From NCBI GenBank assembly GCA_973895155.1, contig OZ316896.1:23207722-23271721 (forward strand): 64,000 bases of DNA. Direction: 5' to 3'. Below the pieces are notes generated by a model. That model had not been told where the DNA came from. It saw nothing but the letters and a program-made list of their open reading frames with translations, and made no database searches. The DNA is from Marsupella aquatica (lineage: Eukaryota > Plantae > Marchantiophyta). Shown one piece after another: positions 47,442 to 59,186 of this stretch. The position numbers and the translations under genes were made by a program. The stretch's first letter is position 1, and each line of letters starts with the position of its first letter.

Positions 47442-50400
47442 CTACAGCTTTGTGCCAAACACGCGACATCGTTCGCAACGTTTCTTGCAGATATCCTCAA
47501 GCATCTTCGCTGCTGCTGTACGTTCCTGCTGCATTTGTTTTGCCCGGGATCTCATCAATTGACGTTCTTCCTTACCGCCCATAGAAAAGTCATCGAGCCA
47601 TTCAGCTATAAGTTTCCCGAGTTGGTACATGTCCGATCCCTTGGTGTATCTTTTCCTTTTGTCATTGTCTTCTTCCAACGTTTCCGCATCCCAACCCGTT
47701 AAGTCCTCACCAACCCATACTTCATTGTCGTCTCCAGCAGCTTCCAAGTCTATGATCACCCATTTCCATTCACCCATATCATTTACTTTGATAACGTTGG
47801 GCCACCTTATGTCCCTGTGGGTGTAGCCTTTCATGTGCAAGTCCGCAAGGCCGCATAACATGTCATGCGTGGCATTTACTAAATCCTTGCAATCCTTAGG
47901 CTTTGCAGATGGGTCACCAACAGGTTGTAGTCGCAATACTGTTTTAGCCCTGGATGGTCGGGCGGATATAAGTTGGATCAGGTACCTGGAACCCTCGATT
48001 TTTGCATACAGGCATTTTATCGCGGTCACCTTATCTTTCATCAATCGTGGGATTTCCTTCGTCACGAAGTCAGGATAGATCGTCACTGCTCCACCATCAT
48101 CTCTTGCTATTGGCTTATATAATGACAAGAGGTTTTCACTACCCAGTTCTTTCTGTAGTTTCTGTAGGAGACAGTGCATCCGAATGGTGCTATGTAGGAA
48201 CTTGGCTACGTCGGTCAATACATTCAAGTCATAGAGTTGTGAGATACTTTCACAAACAATTTCCTTGCCTCGCGGATAGAGCTTCAGCCATTCAAACTGC
48301 CTTCCACCGCAGCCACCACCAATCACATAAGGGAGCTTACCATAGAACAAAGGGCTCCATGCCTTTAATTTTGAGGTGTTCTCAAGTACAGCCTCGTTCC
48401 GAAGTGCCGCGTCTATCGTATTCTCCCATCTGAGAATGAGACAACCCCTCACAAACAGCTGAAAATCTGGTCTTAATAGCGGTTTTAGTGGTCCCGATGC
48501 TACAGTACTAGTCGGGGGATTGGGTGAATCCAGTAACCAGACCAAACCTTTTAATTTTCCGTTTGCTGGAGCCTCCTCATTTAATAATGAGATGAACTCT
48601 CCAGTGAGATTAGCCAATTCATGTGAGCTGGTGGCCTCATTGCTTGGACAACGACGCATCATCTGTCCGAACACAGTATCGCAGAAGGATGCCAAGTTTT
48701 CCGCCGCTGCGGGAGTTTCAAGCTCCACCAGCTCAGAAGTGCGTATTTTCTGGAAAATTCCAAGATTTCTAGTTGGGAGCGGTACTGGTGTCTGGGACAA
48801 AAACTCCGAGAGTTCATGGGTACTTCGTGGGAGCGTCGGAGGTGGTTCCAACAGTTTCCCAAAATAGCGCTCTCCAGCATCAGCAGCAGCTCTTGCGAAG
48901 GACAGGACCTCTGGTGACGGTTTTGCCTTTTTTGCAAGTCGAGCTCCCTCTGCGTACACACCAATCACGAAGTGTTGAAGAGGAAGAGAAAACAGGAAAG
49001 TCATCCAATAATCACTCGAGCAAGGAGTCTACAAATTTGGCACGATTCCGGCATAAATGCTTTATCGGTTAGCAAAGCAGGAAGACACAGGACACCTGTA
49101 ATTGCAAAAGTGCTTTCCAAACAAATGCCAGAGCAAGGGCGACAGCTGCTGTCCATGATACCCTTGATCACTTTTCAGCAAAGAAAACAAAGCAGCAACA
49201 GAAGGGTGCTCAAAGGAAAAAACTCAACGAAAAGACACGGATTTCATTATCGATGTTTTCCTGTAGTTTCTGTAGGAGACAGTGCATCCGAACGGTGCTA
49301 TGTAGGAACTTGGCTACACCGGCCGGCAAATTCAAGTCAAATTCGTCTGAGATTAAATCATGAACAATTTCCTTGCCTTTCGGAGAGAGGTTCAACCATT
49401 GAAACCGCCTTCCAGCGCAGCCACCACCAATCACATAAGGGAGCTTACCATAGAACAGAGGGCTCCATGCCTTTAATTTGGACCTGTTCTCATCTACAGC
49501 CTCTGCCAGAAGTGTGTCGTTTATCTTATTCTCCCATCGGAGAATGAGACAATATTTCACAAACAGCTGAAAATCTGGTCTTAATAGCGGTTCCAGTGGT
49601 TGCGATGCTGCACTAGCAGTCGTGCGATTGGCTGAATCCTGTCTAAATTGCAAACTTAGTAATTGTTTGCTTTCTGGAGCTATGTCATTTAACAATCTGA
49701 GGAAGTATCCAGTGAGAATACACAATTCAGTTGAGCTGGTGGCCTCGTTGTCTGGAAGGGAATGTTTCATCAATTGGAACACAGTTTCGCAAAAAGTTGC
49801 CAATTGACTCGCCCCTTCGGAAGTATCAAGTACCACCAGATTAGGCTGGCCCAAGTTCTCGTTAGTTAGCTCATAGAGTACTGGGAGCTTTACTGGTGTC
49901 AGGGACAAAAACTCCTTCAGTTGATTGACACTTACGGGGAGCTCAGCAGGGGGTTCCAACAGTTTCCCAAAATAGCTACTTCTAGCAGAAATTCTTTCTT
50001 CCGAGGACAGAAATTTTGCTTTCTTTGAAGGTCGAGCTCCCTCTGCATACACATCGGTCTCTAAGTGTTGAAGAGGATGAGAAAAACAGGAAAGTCATCC
50101 AATAATCACTCGAGCAATGAGCCCTACAAATTTGGCACGATTCCGGCACAAATGCTTTATCGGTTCGGCAAAGCAGGAAGACACAGGACACCTGTTATTG
50201 CAACAGTACTTTCCAAACAAATGCCAGAGCAAGAGCGACAGCTGCTGTCGATGATGCCCTATATCTTGATCACTTTTCGGCAAAGAAAACAAATTAGGTG
50301 CAGCCAATTAGGCGAGTTCTGAGGAATAAACTCAACGAAAAAACAAACCAGAACCAGAAGACACTGAGACGAAATATATTGCTGTGAAATTCTGTTGGAA

Positions 50401-50645
50401 TTACCATGCGTAGAGCTTTCCTTTCGAAGCAGAACTGCCGCCTCGACTCCACATTTTGCTCCCTCAGATGCGTCTGGACACAGTTTAACAATAAGGCGTT
50501 CGAGTCTGTCCTCTGAAAACATCAGCAACGCAGGTACTGAGACCTTGTGGAAGTCTAGTTGCGCAGCAATGTATCGTAGATCTGCTTGGTCAAGAATGGT
50601 AGGTCGAAGCAGGTCCAGAATACTGTCTTCTTGAGAACCCGCCAT
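47442..50645 (-). CDS. Crinkler/CR-effector-like gene: SAM-like header exon + restriction-endonuclease-like (REase) domain + protein kinase
   Basis: Exon 50645-50405 (ATG, donor G|GTAATT) splices in phase 1 to acceptor CAG|AG at 48949. The exon contains RPDF..ILRWEN..KLKAWSPLFYGKLPYVIG (CRN-type PD-(D/E)xK-like region) and kinase motifs HRDIRWPNV, IIDLE and SDMYQLG. Apparent 5'UTR intron at ~50868-50660. Confidence 0.7.
49210..50042 (-). CDS. Duplicated nuclease-only exon of the Crinkler-like gene (alternative terminal exon or truncated copy)
   Basis: Paralogous to 48949-~48150, with a near-identical upstream intron and the same CAG|AG acceptor in the same phase. Open through RPDF..RWENK..LQKLQ, then runs into the duplicated intron and stops at 49210. 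Confidence 0.55.
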
Positions 50646-51459
50646 TGAATCTTGCAGGCTGAACAATAAGACAATTCGCTTCCTTAAGTTCTATGCTATC
50701 AAAACAAGCATAGACAGCCACAAACGCAAGTCATAACAAAGAAAGCACAAAGTCCAATCACAAGCAGAAACGACACCTTCGGTTGACACAAATCGTAGCA
50801 ACAGAGGAAGCGACAGAGGAAAGAGCACCACAAGGGTGAAAACTACGGTACAAGGCCGTGAAACTCACCATCCACCACACCCTAGATTACCAAAATGCAA
50901 TCCCAAATCCCGCAACCGCGGTGTAAGGCCTCCTGATCCGCAGTCGATCAATTAAACATGCCGCGATTCACCACCTTAAAATTCCTGGCCAGTCTGCTCG
51001 CAAAATTCTCCATACTACAGTCTATGCCAAACAGACCAGTTGTATACCAAAGGTTCGTATTCTTATGCAGACGGGCTCCTCGGTCATCACCAAAGGAGTT
51101 GGCAAAGATGCGCGTAACCGAGGTAGATTCAAACATCGAAAGGTAGCAAATAATTTGCTTCCTTAGATGATTTCATTTACGGAGTAATTGTATCGTAAAC
51201 CCCTCGTGAATTTTTGTCTTTGTGTTTTTACAAGGGGTTATGAGGCATTACCCCGCGGGTGGGGCCACGGAACCCCTGAGCCAGCCTGGCCTGGGGATTC
51301 CCAATTTTGAAAGTACATTTTAACTTTTTTACATTGTAAGCCGCGGACCCTGGCAGCGCACCATGGCAACGGACGCTGCCAACCACAAGTAAACATTCTG
51401 GCGCCCAGGATAAATGTGAGAATATTTTTCAAAATTTCACTCTGGGGCTTGCGCTCGGT

Positions 51460-51552
51460 AACTCATCCCCACTTTGGGGTAATTGGCTCTAACCCCCTCG
51501 GACTCAATGCCCTCGGGGATTACAGCCCATTACCCCCTCTTGGGGATGGGTT
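51460..51552. repeat. ~93-bp hairpin (small MITE-like)
   Basis: AACTCATCCCCA..GGGGTAATTGGCTCTAACCCC pairs with GGGGATTACAGCCCATTACCCC..TGGGGATGGGTT. Confidence 0.6.
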
Positions 51553-52154
51553 AGGGTAGGGAGTATGGTCACTCCCTCTGACATCCCCTGGGGCCCAAAT
51601 ACATCGTATGCCAAGGTGTACACAATATTTTAAATGTATGAATTTTGACTTGGGAGCCAATGAGAATGCCCTATACTGTTTTTATACAGGGGTAGGGGGT
51701 ACCCCTTAAGTTTAACAGGGAGTGTGAGGGAAAATCATACTCCTTGATATAGTACTTGTACACCCCTCAGTCCCTGGAAAAGCTACAATCTTATTGGCTT
51801 AAAAATTCTGACAGCATCCGTACCCCTTAGAGCTAGGTTCCATGGGGTTGGGAGTAAGGGGTACGGATGCTGTCAGAATTTTTAAGCCAATAAGATTGTA
51901 GCTTTTCCAGGGACTGAGGGGTGTACAAATACTGTATCAAGGAGTATGATTTTCCCTCACACTCCCTCTTAAACTTCAGGGGTACCCCCTGCCCCCTGTA
52001 TAAGAATAGTACAAGGCATTCTCATAATTGGCTCCTGAGTCAGAATTCATACATTTAAAATACTGTATACACCTTGGCATACGGTGTATTTGGGCCCTAG
52101 GGATGTCAGAGGGAGTGACCGTACTCCCTACCCCTGGCCCATGGAACCTGGCCC
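51550..52154. mobile_element. PIF/Harbinger-like MITE (51830-52154) abutting an inverted sister copy (51550-51829), forming a ~280-bp-arm hairpin
   Basis: TTA TSD at 51827-51829 and 52155-52157. TIRs GAGCTAGGTTCCATGGG / CCCATGGAACCTGGCCC (15/17). 51550-51829 is the reverse complement of ~51855-52135. Confidence 0.75.
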
Positions 52155-52600
52155 TTACCCTACACATATTCGCACTTCTAACTCCTGTGGAATACCACTT
52201 TTGCAGAAATACAATCAAGCTCTTATTGTACCAGGAAAGATGTGCAGAATTTCAAATTATTTTGGTGTTAGGCCCATCCAAGCCAGGCGAGGAGGGGGAT
52301 GTCGGCACTAACAAAGCCGATGCCGGGACTACCAATGCCGATGCCGGGACTACCAATGCCGATGCCGCAGTAACGGTCCCACCACGGCTGGCCGGGGCGG
52401 CAGCCAAAGCCAAAGACGAGGCCGAAGTCGGGGTTGGACCAGATAACGCCGAGGACAGGTTGACCCGATCAAGAGCACGTAATCTGTCAGAGGATGAACT
52501 TACGGCATTGGCCGCAGAAGGAGGATTAGGGGCGTCCATTGGGGATGAGCCACCACTGGCATGACGGTGGTGGAGGGCCGTCCCTTTTAGGGAGGGCAGA

Positions 52601-55600
52601 TGTGACACGGGTAACATGTCACTTGACCGAACCCAGGTCGTAGATTAGGACTTATACGATCATTAGGACCGTAGCCATAGCGTAGAATAGCACGTATAGC
52701 CGTCAAGTTGCCATTATGATTAGATTAGGAGTAGGTTAAGATAACCGAATAATTACGAGTTCAGGAAAGGGATTATTACGCACGACCGAGGTACGGTGGC
52801 GGCAGCGGAGTAAAAATCAGTTAGAAGAATCACGCTTGGACCGAGACGCCGACTTCAGCTCGTTATCAATGACCAAACGGCCTGACCTTCTCACGCTCGG
52901 GCTCGTCCGGGCACCCCCATAAGAGAGGAGCCGATGGCACTGCGGGCCATTCGCTCGCATTTACCTTTTTGGAATTCACGGACGCTGCCATCCGCTCGCC
53001 TTTTTGATTGAATCCAGTCGACCTTTACGAGGAAATTATCGAGGGAGAAGAGCGGAATGTGGCGAGATTTAGTCAGGACGAGCGAGGCCTCCACGAAAAA
53101 GGACCAGCCAGGTGGGAACGTGGACGCAACGAACCGGACTACGAGGTTAGTATGACCCTCACAGCCTTGGGATTTTGGACCTTGTTTGGCGAGGTAGGTG
53201 CTAAGTTCTCCGAGACTTACTGGTACTCTTGCCCCAAGAAAGCCGCTTACGAACGAAGGTACGCGAAGCTGGTAACCAAGGTAGCACTGGTTAATTGCGA
53301 AAGGACAGCCATCACCAGGGATTCTAGCTATAACGAGCTACGAGACTACATCACCGAACTATATCTCAGCGAGGAAGGGCTTAGATCGGTAGCAGAGGCG
53401 ATTCTTGAGGTTCCAGCTAAGTTCTTTAAGCTGAAGGGCAACCAGCGGCTTACTCAAGCGGAGTTCGACAAGATTCCGGGGTACCTAGACCAGCAGATCG
53501 CAGCCGAAAAGCGCCAAGAAGACATCAGCAGACAACGGGAAGCGGCGCGTAATCTCACGTTCCTCGGGGAAAGCTCCAACGCCTTCAACTGGGATATGGC
53601 TACCCCAGCGCCTCAACCGATGACCACCGGAGTACCGCCGAACCAGTCCCAAGTCCGTCCAGTAATCAACGCGGAGTGTTCTTCGGGTTCCGAGCGAGCT
53701 AGTCCGCAACTCAAACAACGTCCTCGTAAGCGGTCAAGGACTACGACGGCCCCCGAATCAACACGGACCGACGCCACGCCTGCACCTGCCCCGGCAAACC
53801 CCCCGACCAACCAGACCCGACGGCCTTTGGATAACCCGAAGTCCAACTTATTACAGGTAATCCGCGTCCCCGAGGTAGTCTGGATCGCGATCAAGAAACT
53901 CGAACATGCGGACTATCTCAAGGAGCATCAGTTGGAGCGGTTCGCCCACTTACTATGGAGGCCGTGCGCCGCCGGGCCGAAGGAGATTTGTGAGTTCATC
54001 TCCATTTCGACATTGATGCGTCAACCACCAAGGTTTCGGGGCAGACCTTATCACTCACGGAGCATCGGTTAACGCAAATTTTCGGCCTACCAACCGGGCC
54101 GGTGCCGGTGGAAATCCGAATTCGGGATAAGGAGTATACGCCGCGGCACTTCAAACCCGAGGGTAAGACGGACAACGAATACAAGCAGGGGGCGTGCACC
54201 AACTTAACCTGTATGGAGCGGCTTAACTTCATACGGACTACCCTACACATGATTGAGCCACGATCCGAGATTTCCCTCTGCACGATAGTGCAGGTGGAAC
54301 AGTACAAACGACGAAACTGGGCCCAATTCTTCTACCGAAGATTCTCGGGGGAGCTGAAGCGGGCTCAGGGAGGTATGGCTATTGGAGGGAAGACTTACTT
54401 GGGGAGTCATATCGCCATTATCCTCGCCTGGTACAAGGCACGGCGGGAGGCCAGAGGAAAGAATACGGCCACCTCAGCCCCGGGTAATGTCACCCCCGCC
54501 CCAGAGGAGGCAACCCCGACTACGCGGACTACTGTCCCTCGGACAAACCCTGAGCCGGAAGCCCCGACTAATACTCCGCAATCGCCCCCTGAGGAAATTC
54601 CACCGCCTCCTTCCGTTGAGCCTCCGCTACCTGCAGTACAACCACCCCCAATCCCTCCACCACCTGAAGAAACCTTCCCCTCCCCAGCGCTGACTACGGA
54701 GGAGCTCATTGCCCCTGCCGAGGAATCACCGGTACCCGAGAGGATGGAGGACTACCAAGTAGCCCCGGGGACCATGGCCTACGACCTGGTCCAGAAGTTT
54801 AGCCAGACTATGTCTGGGGAGTTGGCGACATACATCGGACAACAAGTCTCGGCGTACTTTCAGCCAGCCTTCTTCATGTTAGAGCACCAACCACGGATCG
54901 TCAGCCGCTTGGAAGAAGAACTCATGGCGAAGGGGAATGAGATCGGGCGTCTCCAGATGCTGGTAGAGCACCTCGAGGAGGAGGCAACGACCCGCCGTGA
55001 GGATTTAGTCCGCACTGTCGAACAGAGGGACGGACTAACCCAGGAGTTAAGCGGAGCGCAGGCCGAACTCAAGAAGCTGGACGACACCGTGCTTCAATTA
55101 CGCTCAGAATCTTCGGCTCGGGTTACCAGCCTGACCGACCTCAACAAACAATTCCTGCAGGCAGCACAGCAGGTGGCTAGTCTCTCCGCCGAACGAGATA
55201 AATTGCTAGCGCAGGACCAGGTCCATCGCGATGCCATCGACCAGCTCAACTTGGAGGTGGCACGGCTCCAGACTGAAGCCGACGAAGCTGCAAACGAGGC
55301 GGAGGAAGCATTACGGGACAACAAGGCTTTGCAGGACCGCGTCACCCTGCTCGTCCTCCAGCGGGGAAAACCTGGGCCCACCTCTGATCAAGGCGGCTCG
55401 AGGTCTCGCCCCGACAAGGGGACCAGCCCTGGTCCAACCACTGCACACACGTAAGGGGTAGTTAGCGAAGGGTAGAAGCAGGCGCCACGCGAGGCGGTTA
55501 AGTCAGCGGCATCTTTTAGTTAGGCGTAACGGCAGAATGACTATCATTAGGCGCCGATTAGCGGCAGTAGGAAGAATTAGGGCCGGTCAGTTAGGATCAG

Positions 55601-56437
55601 CCAACGTAGGATTGAGTCCATCAACGGACTAGAGTTTGTCAGTAGGCTTGGCCGCTGCCATTCCGGTTGGCACACTCGTAGTCGACGGTCAACCGGTCAG
55701 TGCAGCGCGACCGGTAGTCAGCAGTTAGTTAGTCAGTAGGTAGTACCCCGGAAGGTAGTATCCTCCGGTTCTCTTCCGCTACGGTAGTATTTAGGCTTCC
55801 CCTTCCGCGATGGGAAGGGGGAGAAGGCTTAGTTATCTCAGCAGAAGAAAGGCGAGGCACGGGGAGTCCCGGCCTGAGTAGGGTCAGAGCGTACCAAGGA
55901 GTGAGAGCCAGAGTCGAGCTTGCTGGGCAAGTGCGAGGCAGGGCCTCGTAGAGATTGGGCATCGACTGCCGTTGGGCCTGCTGACCCCCTTTGAAGTTGA
56001 GTCAACCATGTAAACTGATGCTTCGCTGAGTAAATGTAGTCTTTTCCCCTTAATGTTTCTGAGAGTAACTGGTGTTGTGTGTATGCTTTGTCCGGGCAAA
56101 GGCGCCATTTTAAGGGACGTACCGGGTGCGGACTAATGGTAGGGATTGCCACTCATTGCATGTCACAAGGTCTTGTCACGTCGATGGCTTGAAAAGCCCC
56201 AAGTCGGGAGTTAGACCGCGTCACTAACTGAGGGAAAATTCCAGCGGTGGAAAATAAATATACCTATGACAAGTATGAATTATGCGAGTGTTATACCAGT
56301 AAGTATAGCGGCTTAGCCCGACTTAGGGCTATTGAAAGTCACTACACACCTCCTTGCCCGAACCCTCACCCCTACTGGTGGTCGAGGTCGCACCACGACA
56401 CTAACCCGGATTTAAGGCCCAGGGTAGGGGTGCGACA
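52601..56437 (+). mobile_element. 3,837-bp ORF-bearing solo LTR
   Basis: Termini TGTGACAC...GTGCGACA with exact 5-bp TSD GCAGA (52596-52600 and 56438-56442). Empty site seen in the paralogous LTR (GCGGA, 62957-62961). No internal direct repeats and no gag/pol seen. Confidence 0.8.
53008..55454 (+). pseudogene. LTR-encoded accessory protein (~815 aa) broken by one frameshift
   Basis: The 354-aa and 450-aa ORFs join across a 1-nt loss near 54005, giving EFISxFDIDASTTKVSGQTLSLTEHRLTQIFGLPTG. This aligns with EFVGSWEPETNCTRIYGKDFYLTPKVIAEVFGLPMG of the 1220-aa ORF. A Pro-rich linker and coiled coil follow. Confidence 0.75.
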
Positions 56438-58643
56438 GCAGACGTGGGGGAGGGAGGCGTGAGTGGGCAAGGCAAGGGCGAACCTCTAGAATTAAGATTA
56501 GGATCAGGACCAAGAGGCGGCCCTGACACTTAGATTAGTGGGATTGCGGATCCGTTGGTAAGAGCAACACTTGTGCTCTTGCCCCGTTGTACATAGGCAG
56601 ATTACAATTAGAATATGTTGCAATGAATTGGTAGGTGAGTTGCCAGGATAAATACCTATGCAACGGGGAGTTCAGGCCTTTTTTCTTAAACAAGTTTTTA
56701 GTGCACCAGCAAGACTTAGTAAAAGAAGCTCTCGGTTAGTTATACAGTGAATTTTGTGTATATTCATGTTTCCTCATACCCATGAGCTGAATAGAGTTGG
56801 CCTTCCGGCTTAGTTCGCAGATCTTGTGTATGAGAAGTATTGTTTGTATGAGAGTTTCACCAAGTATAACTTAGTCAGTAAAAGTCATTTTTCTATTTGT
56901 GTGTCGCATCAACTTGTATGAAGATTGCCCACACCAACTACAGGAGAGAAGGGGAGTAAGAAAAGTCATAAGAAGCAGTGAGAGTTGGATGTGTCGAGCT
57001 GAGAGAGGTCTTAGCGGGTACCCAAGCCAATTGGGCATCATTCTGGGGGCGGAATCCAAACATACCTGAAGGAAGACCGAAAGGAGAGGATAAGGAGAGG
57101 CATAGAGTAAGTTGGCAACATACCTCATGACCCGATGAAGGATCTGTCCAGTATATGTGGGTAAGGAATTAGCAGCGTCTCATGCCGATGAGCCACAAAA
57201 CCGAACTTGGCAAGACCAAAACCGGTAGGAATTGGCTTGTTCTGGGAGGTTCTTGGGTCCAAAGGGCCATGGGACGCACCACAAGAGTCCTGGCCCTAGT
57301 CCGTGCCAACAACACAGATTCAAATCCCTTGGCCAGGCTGGCTAGGGGGCGATGGCGTATTACCTTTTCATGCAAATCCATATAATAAAGCATGACCAGA
57401 AGCTAGGATAAAGACCTTTGCTTGAGAGTGAAGCCTCTAGACCGGGGCACAACTACAGTTGGGGTGAAATAGGAAACAATGGGCATCACAACACTCATCT
57501 ATTTATGAGCAAACCTTGGGCATTCATACTACCCAAAAATGTTTTTTACAAGTATCTCAGCGTGGGCATACCGCGTACAATATGTTGCCACGGGTTTTTC
57601 TGTGTTTTTCCCCCCTGTTGCTTGTTTTTTTCAGCCACCCGTACAATATCCGTACTGAAATCCTCATTTCAATGCACGACGCTCATAAAGCAAAGTTTTT
57701 CATACGCGAGCCCTCTGCAAAAAACAAATCGCACTGACGTGTGTAGTGAAAAAACAATGTTACTTCGTAATCGAAGACAAGGAAAAAACACCGTTTCAAA
57801 GGCACCAGAGAATTTCTAAAGGCACCAGAGAATTTCTACTCCACAGATATTGTAAAATTTTATCTCAAATGAATTTATAGGATTTAATTCCAAGCACACA
57901 CGAGAAATGTTTTTCTTCGCTCTGCACATATATTTGTCGTAGCATGGGTTTTTTTGTGTCTATTGGGTGTGTGTGTTTTTCGGTGTGGGCTGCTTGTTTT
58001 TCATTACAAATATGTCGGTGTGTGAAATTTCCTCCCAATATGTTTAGTGTGTGTAATTTTTTCCCCCAAAATAATGTTGTTGCGTTTAGTTTTAAACCCC
58101 CCATGTTTCTGTGTTTGTTTTTACATGCGGTGTTGGTAATTTTTTTTCTTTAATGCATTCTGTGCTGCCCGTTTTTTTACGTGGTTTGTTTTTAGTGTTT
58201 TTTATGGGTTTATTTTCCCATGTGCTCCTTGTGTACCATATTTTGTGTAGGGGACCGTGTTTTTTTCCCTCTCATTGCTAGTTTATTTTGTATTTATGGT
58301 GGATGCGTTGTTTTATATTTTTTTGGAAATTGTCCAAAAAATTTCCAAACATATCCGTACATTCAACAATTCAATGCACAGTCCAATGCGAATGCCTTAC
58401 ATGGACAGGCGGCCAGTTGAAGTGGCCGGTGTAACGTCATGGGTGGTTTACATTCATGCTATAAGGTCCTTTGCCAAAAGTGTATACATTTATAGCCGGT
58501 GTAAACTGTCGTAAGGCTATATAATTAGATATGTCGGTAGATATGTAAGTATATACGCAAGTAGATAAAGACATTACTTTTGGTTATTATTCCTTACTTG
58601 GTCAATGGATTACCCCATCTCCTTCGACGTTTCATTATTGCAT

Positions 58644-59090
58644 TACCCTGTCTCTTGCGTGCTTTCATTTCTGGAAAGCCCCCTGTTCCTTGCTGGGGTT
58701 CATTATGGGGGTTACCCTGTGTCCGTGTCTCCTCTCCAGTTTCATCACTTGATTACCCTATGTCTTTCTTCGAGGTTTTTTATTTATTTATTATTCTATG
58801 TCTTGCCCCGATATGAATTTTGTTCTGGAATACCCTGTGTCTTGCTGGGTTTGTTTTATGGAATACCCCTGTCCCTTGCTGGTGTTCATTATGGGGCTAC
58901 CCGGTGTGTGTGTCTCCTCTCCAGTTTCATCACTAGATTACCCTATGTCTTTCTTTGAGGTTTTTTATTATTATTCTATGTCTTGCCCCGGTATGAATTT
59001 TGTCCTGGAATACCCTATGTCTTGTTGGGTTTGTTTTATGGAATACCCCCTATCCCTTGCGGGGTTTCATTATTAGGTTACCCTGTCTCC
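58644..59090. repeat. ~180-187-bp tandem repeat, about 2.4 copies, built from shorter GGAATACCC/TTACCC subunits
   Basis: Units start near 58644, 58831 and 59011 (TACCCT(G/A)T..TCTTG...). Confidence 0.8.
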
Positions 59091-59186
59091 TTGGAGAGGA
59101 GCAATTTCATCAGTTATCAGTGACTGATATCAGTCACCGACATTTTTTTGGACAATCTCGGAGACCTCTCTAATCAATCTGGGAGG

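Larger units (their letters stand above)
52266..57283 (+). mobile_element. 5'-truncated LTR related to the 59187-63836 LTR, interrupted by the 52601-56437 insertion
   Basis: 52266-52600 plus 56443-57283 align with ~62665-63836, including the ORF tail LTRSRA.NLS..LGASI.D.PP. Homology ends exactly at GGGACGCACCACA. No PBS follows. Confidence 0.8.

Noticed and set aside
52028-52564. 178-aa ORF as an independent gene
   Set aside because: It is a chimera of MITE sequence and the truncated C-terminus of the LTR-encoded protein.
52580-52610. AGGGAGGGCAGA before TGTGAC read as a PPT followed by a 3' LTR
   Set aside because: The purine tract belongs to the host LTR (same sequence at ~62950), and GCAGA is duplicated at 56438, so this is an insertion site.
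57440-57462. Alternative LTR end at 57457 with imperfect TSD TTTGG/GTTGG
   Set aside because: Homology to the paralogous LTR and its PBS position fix the end at 57283.
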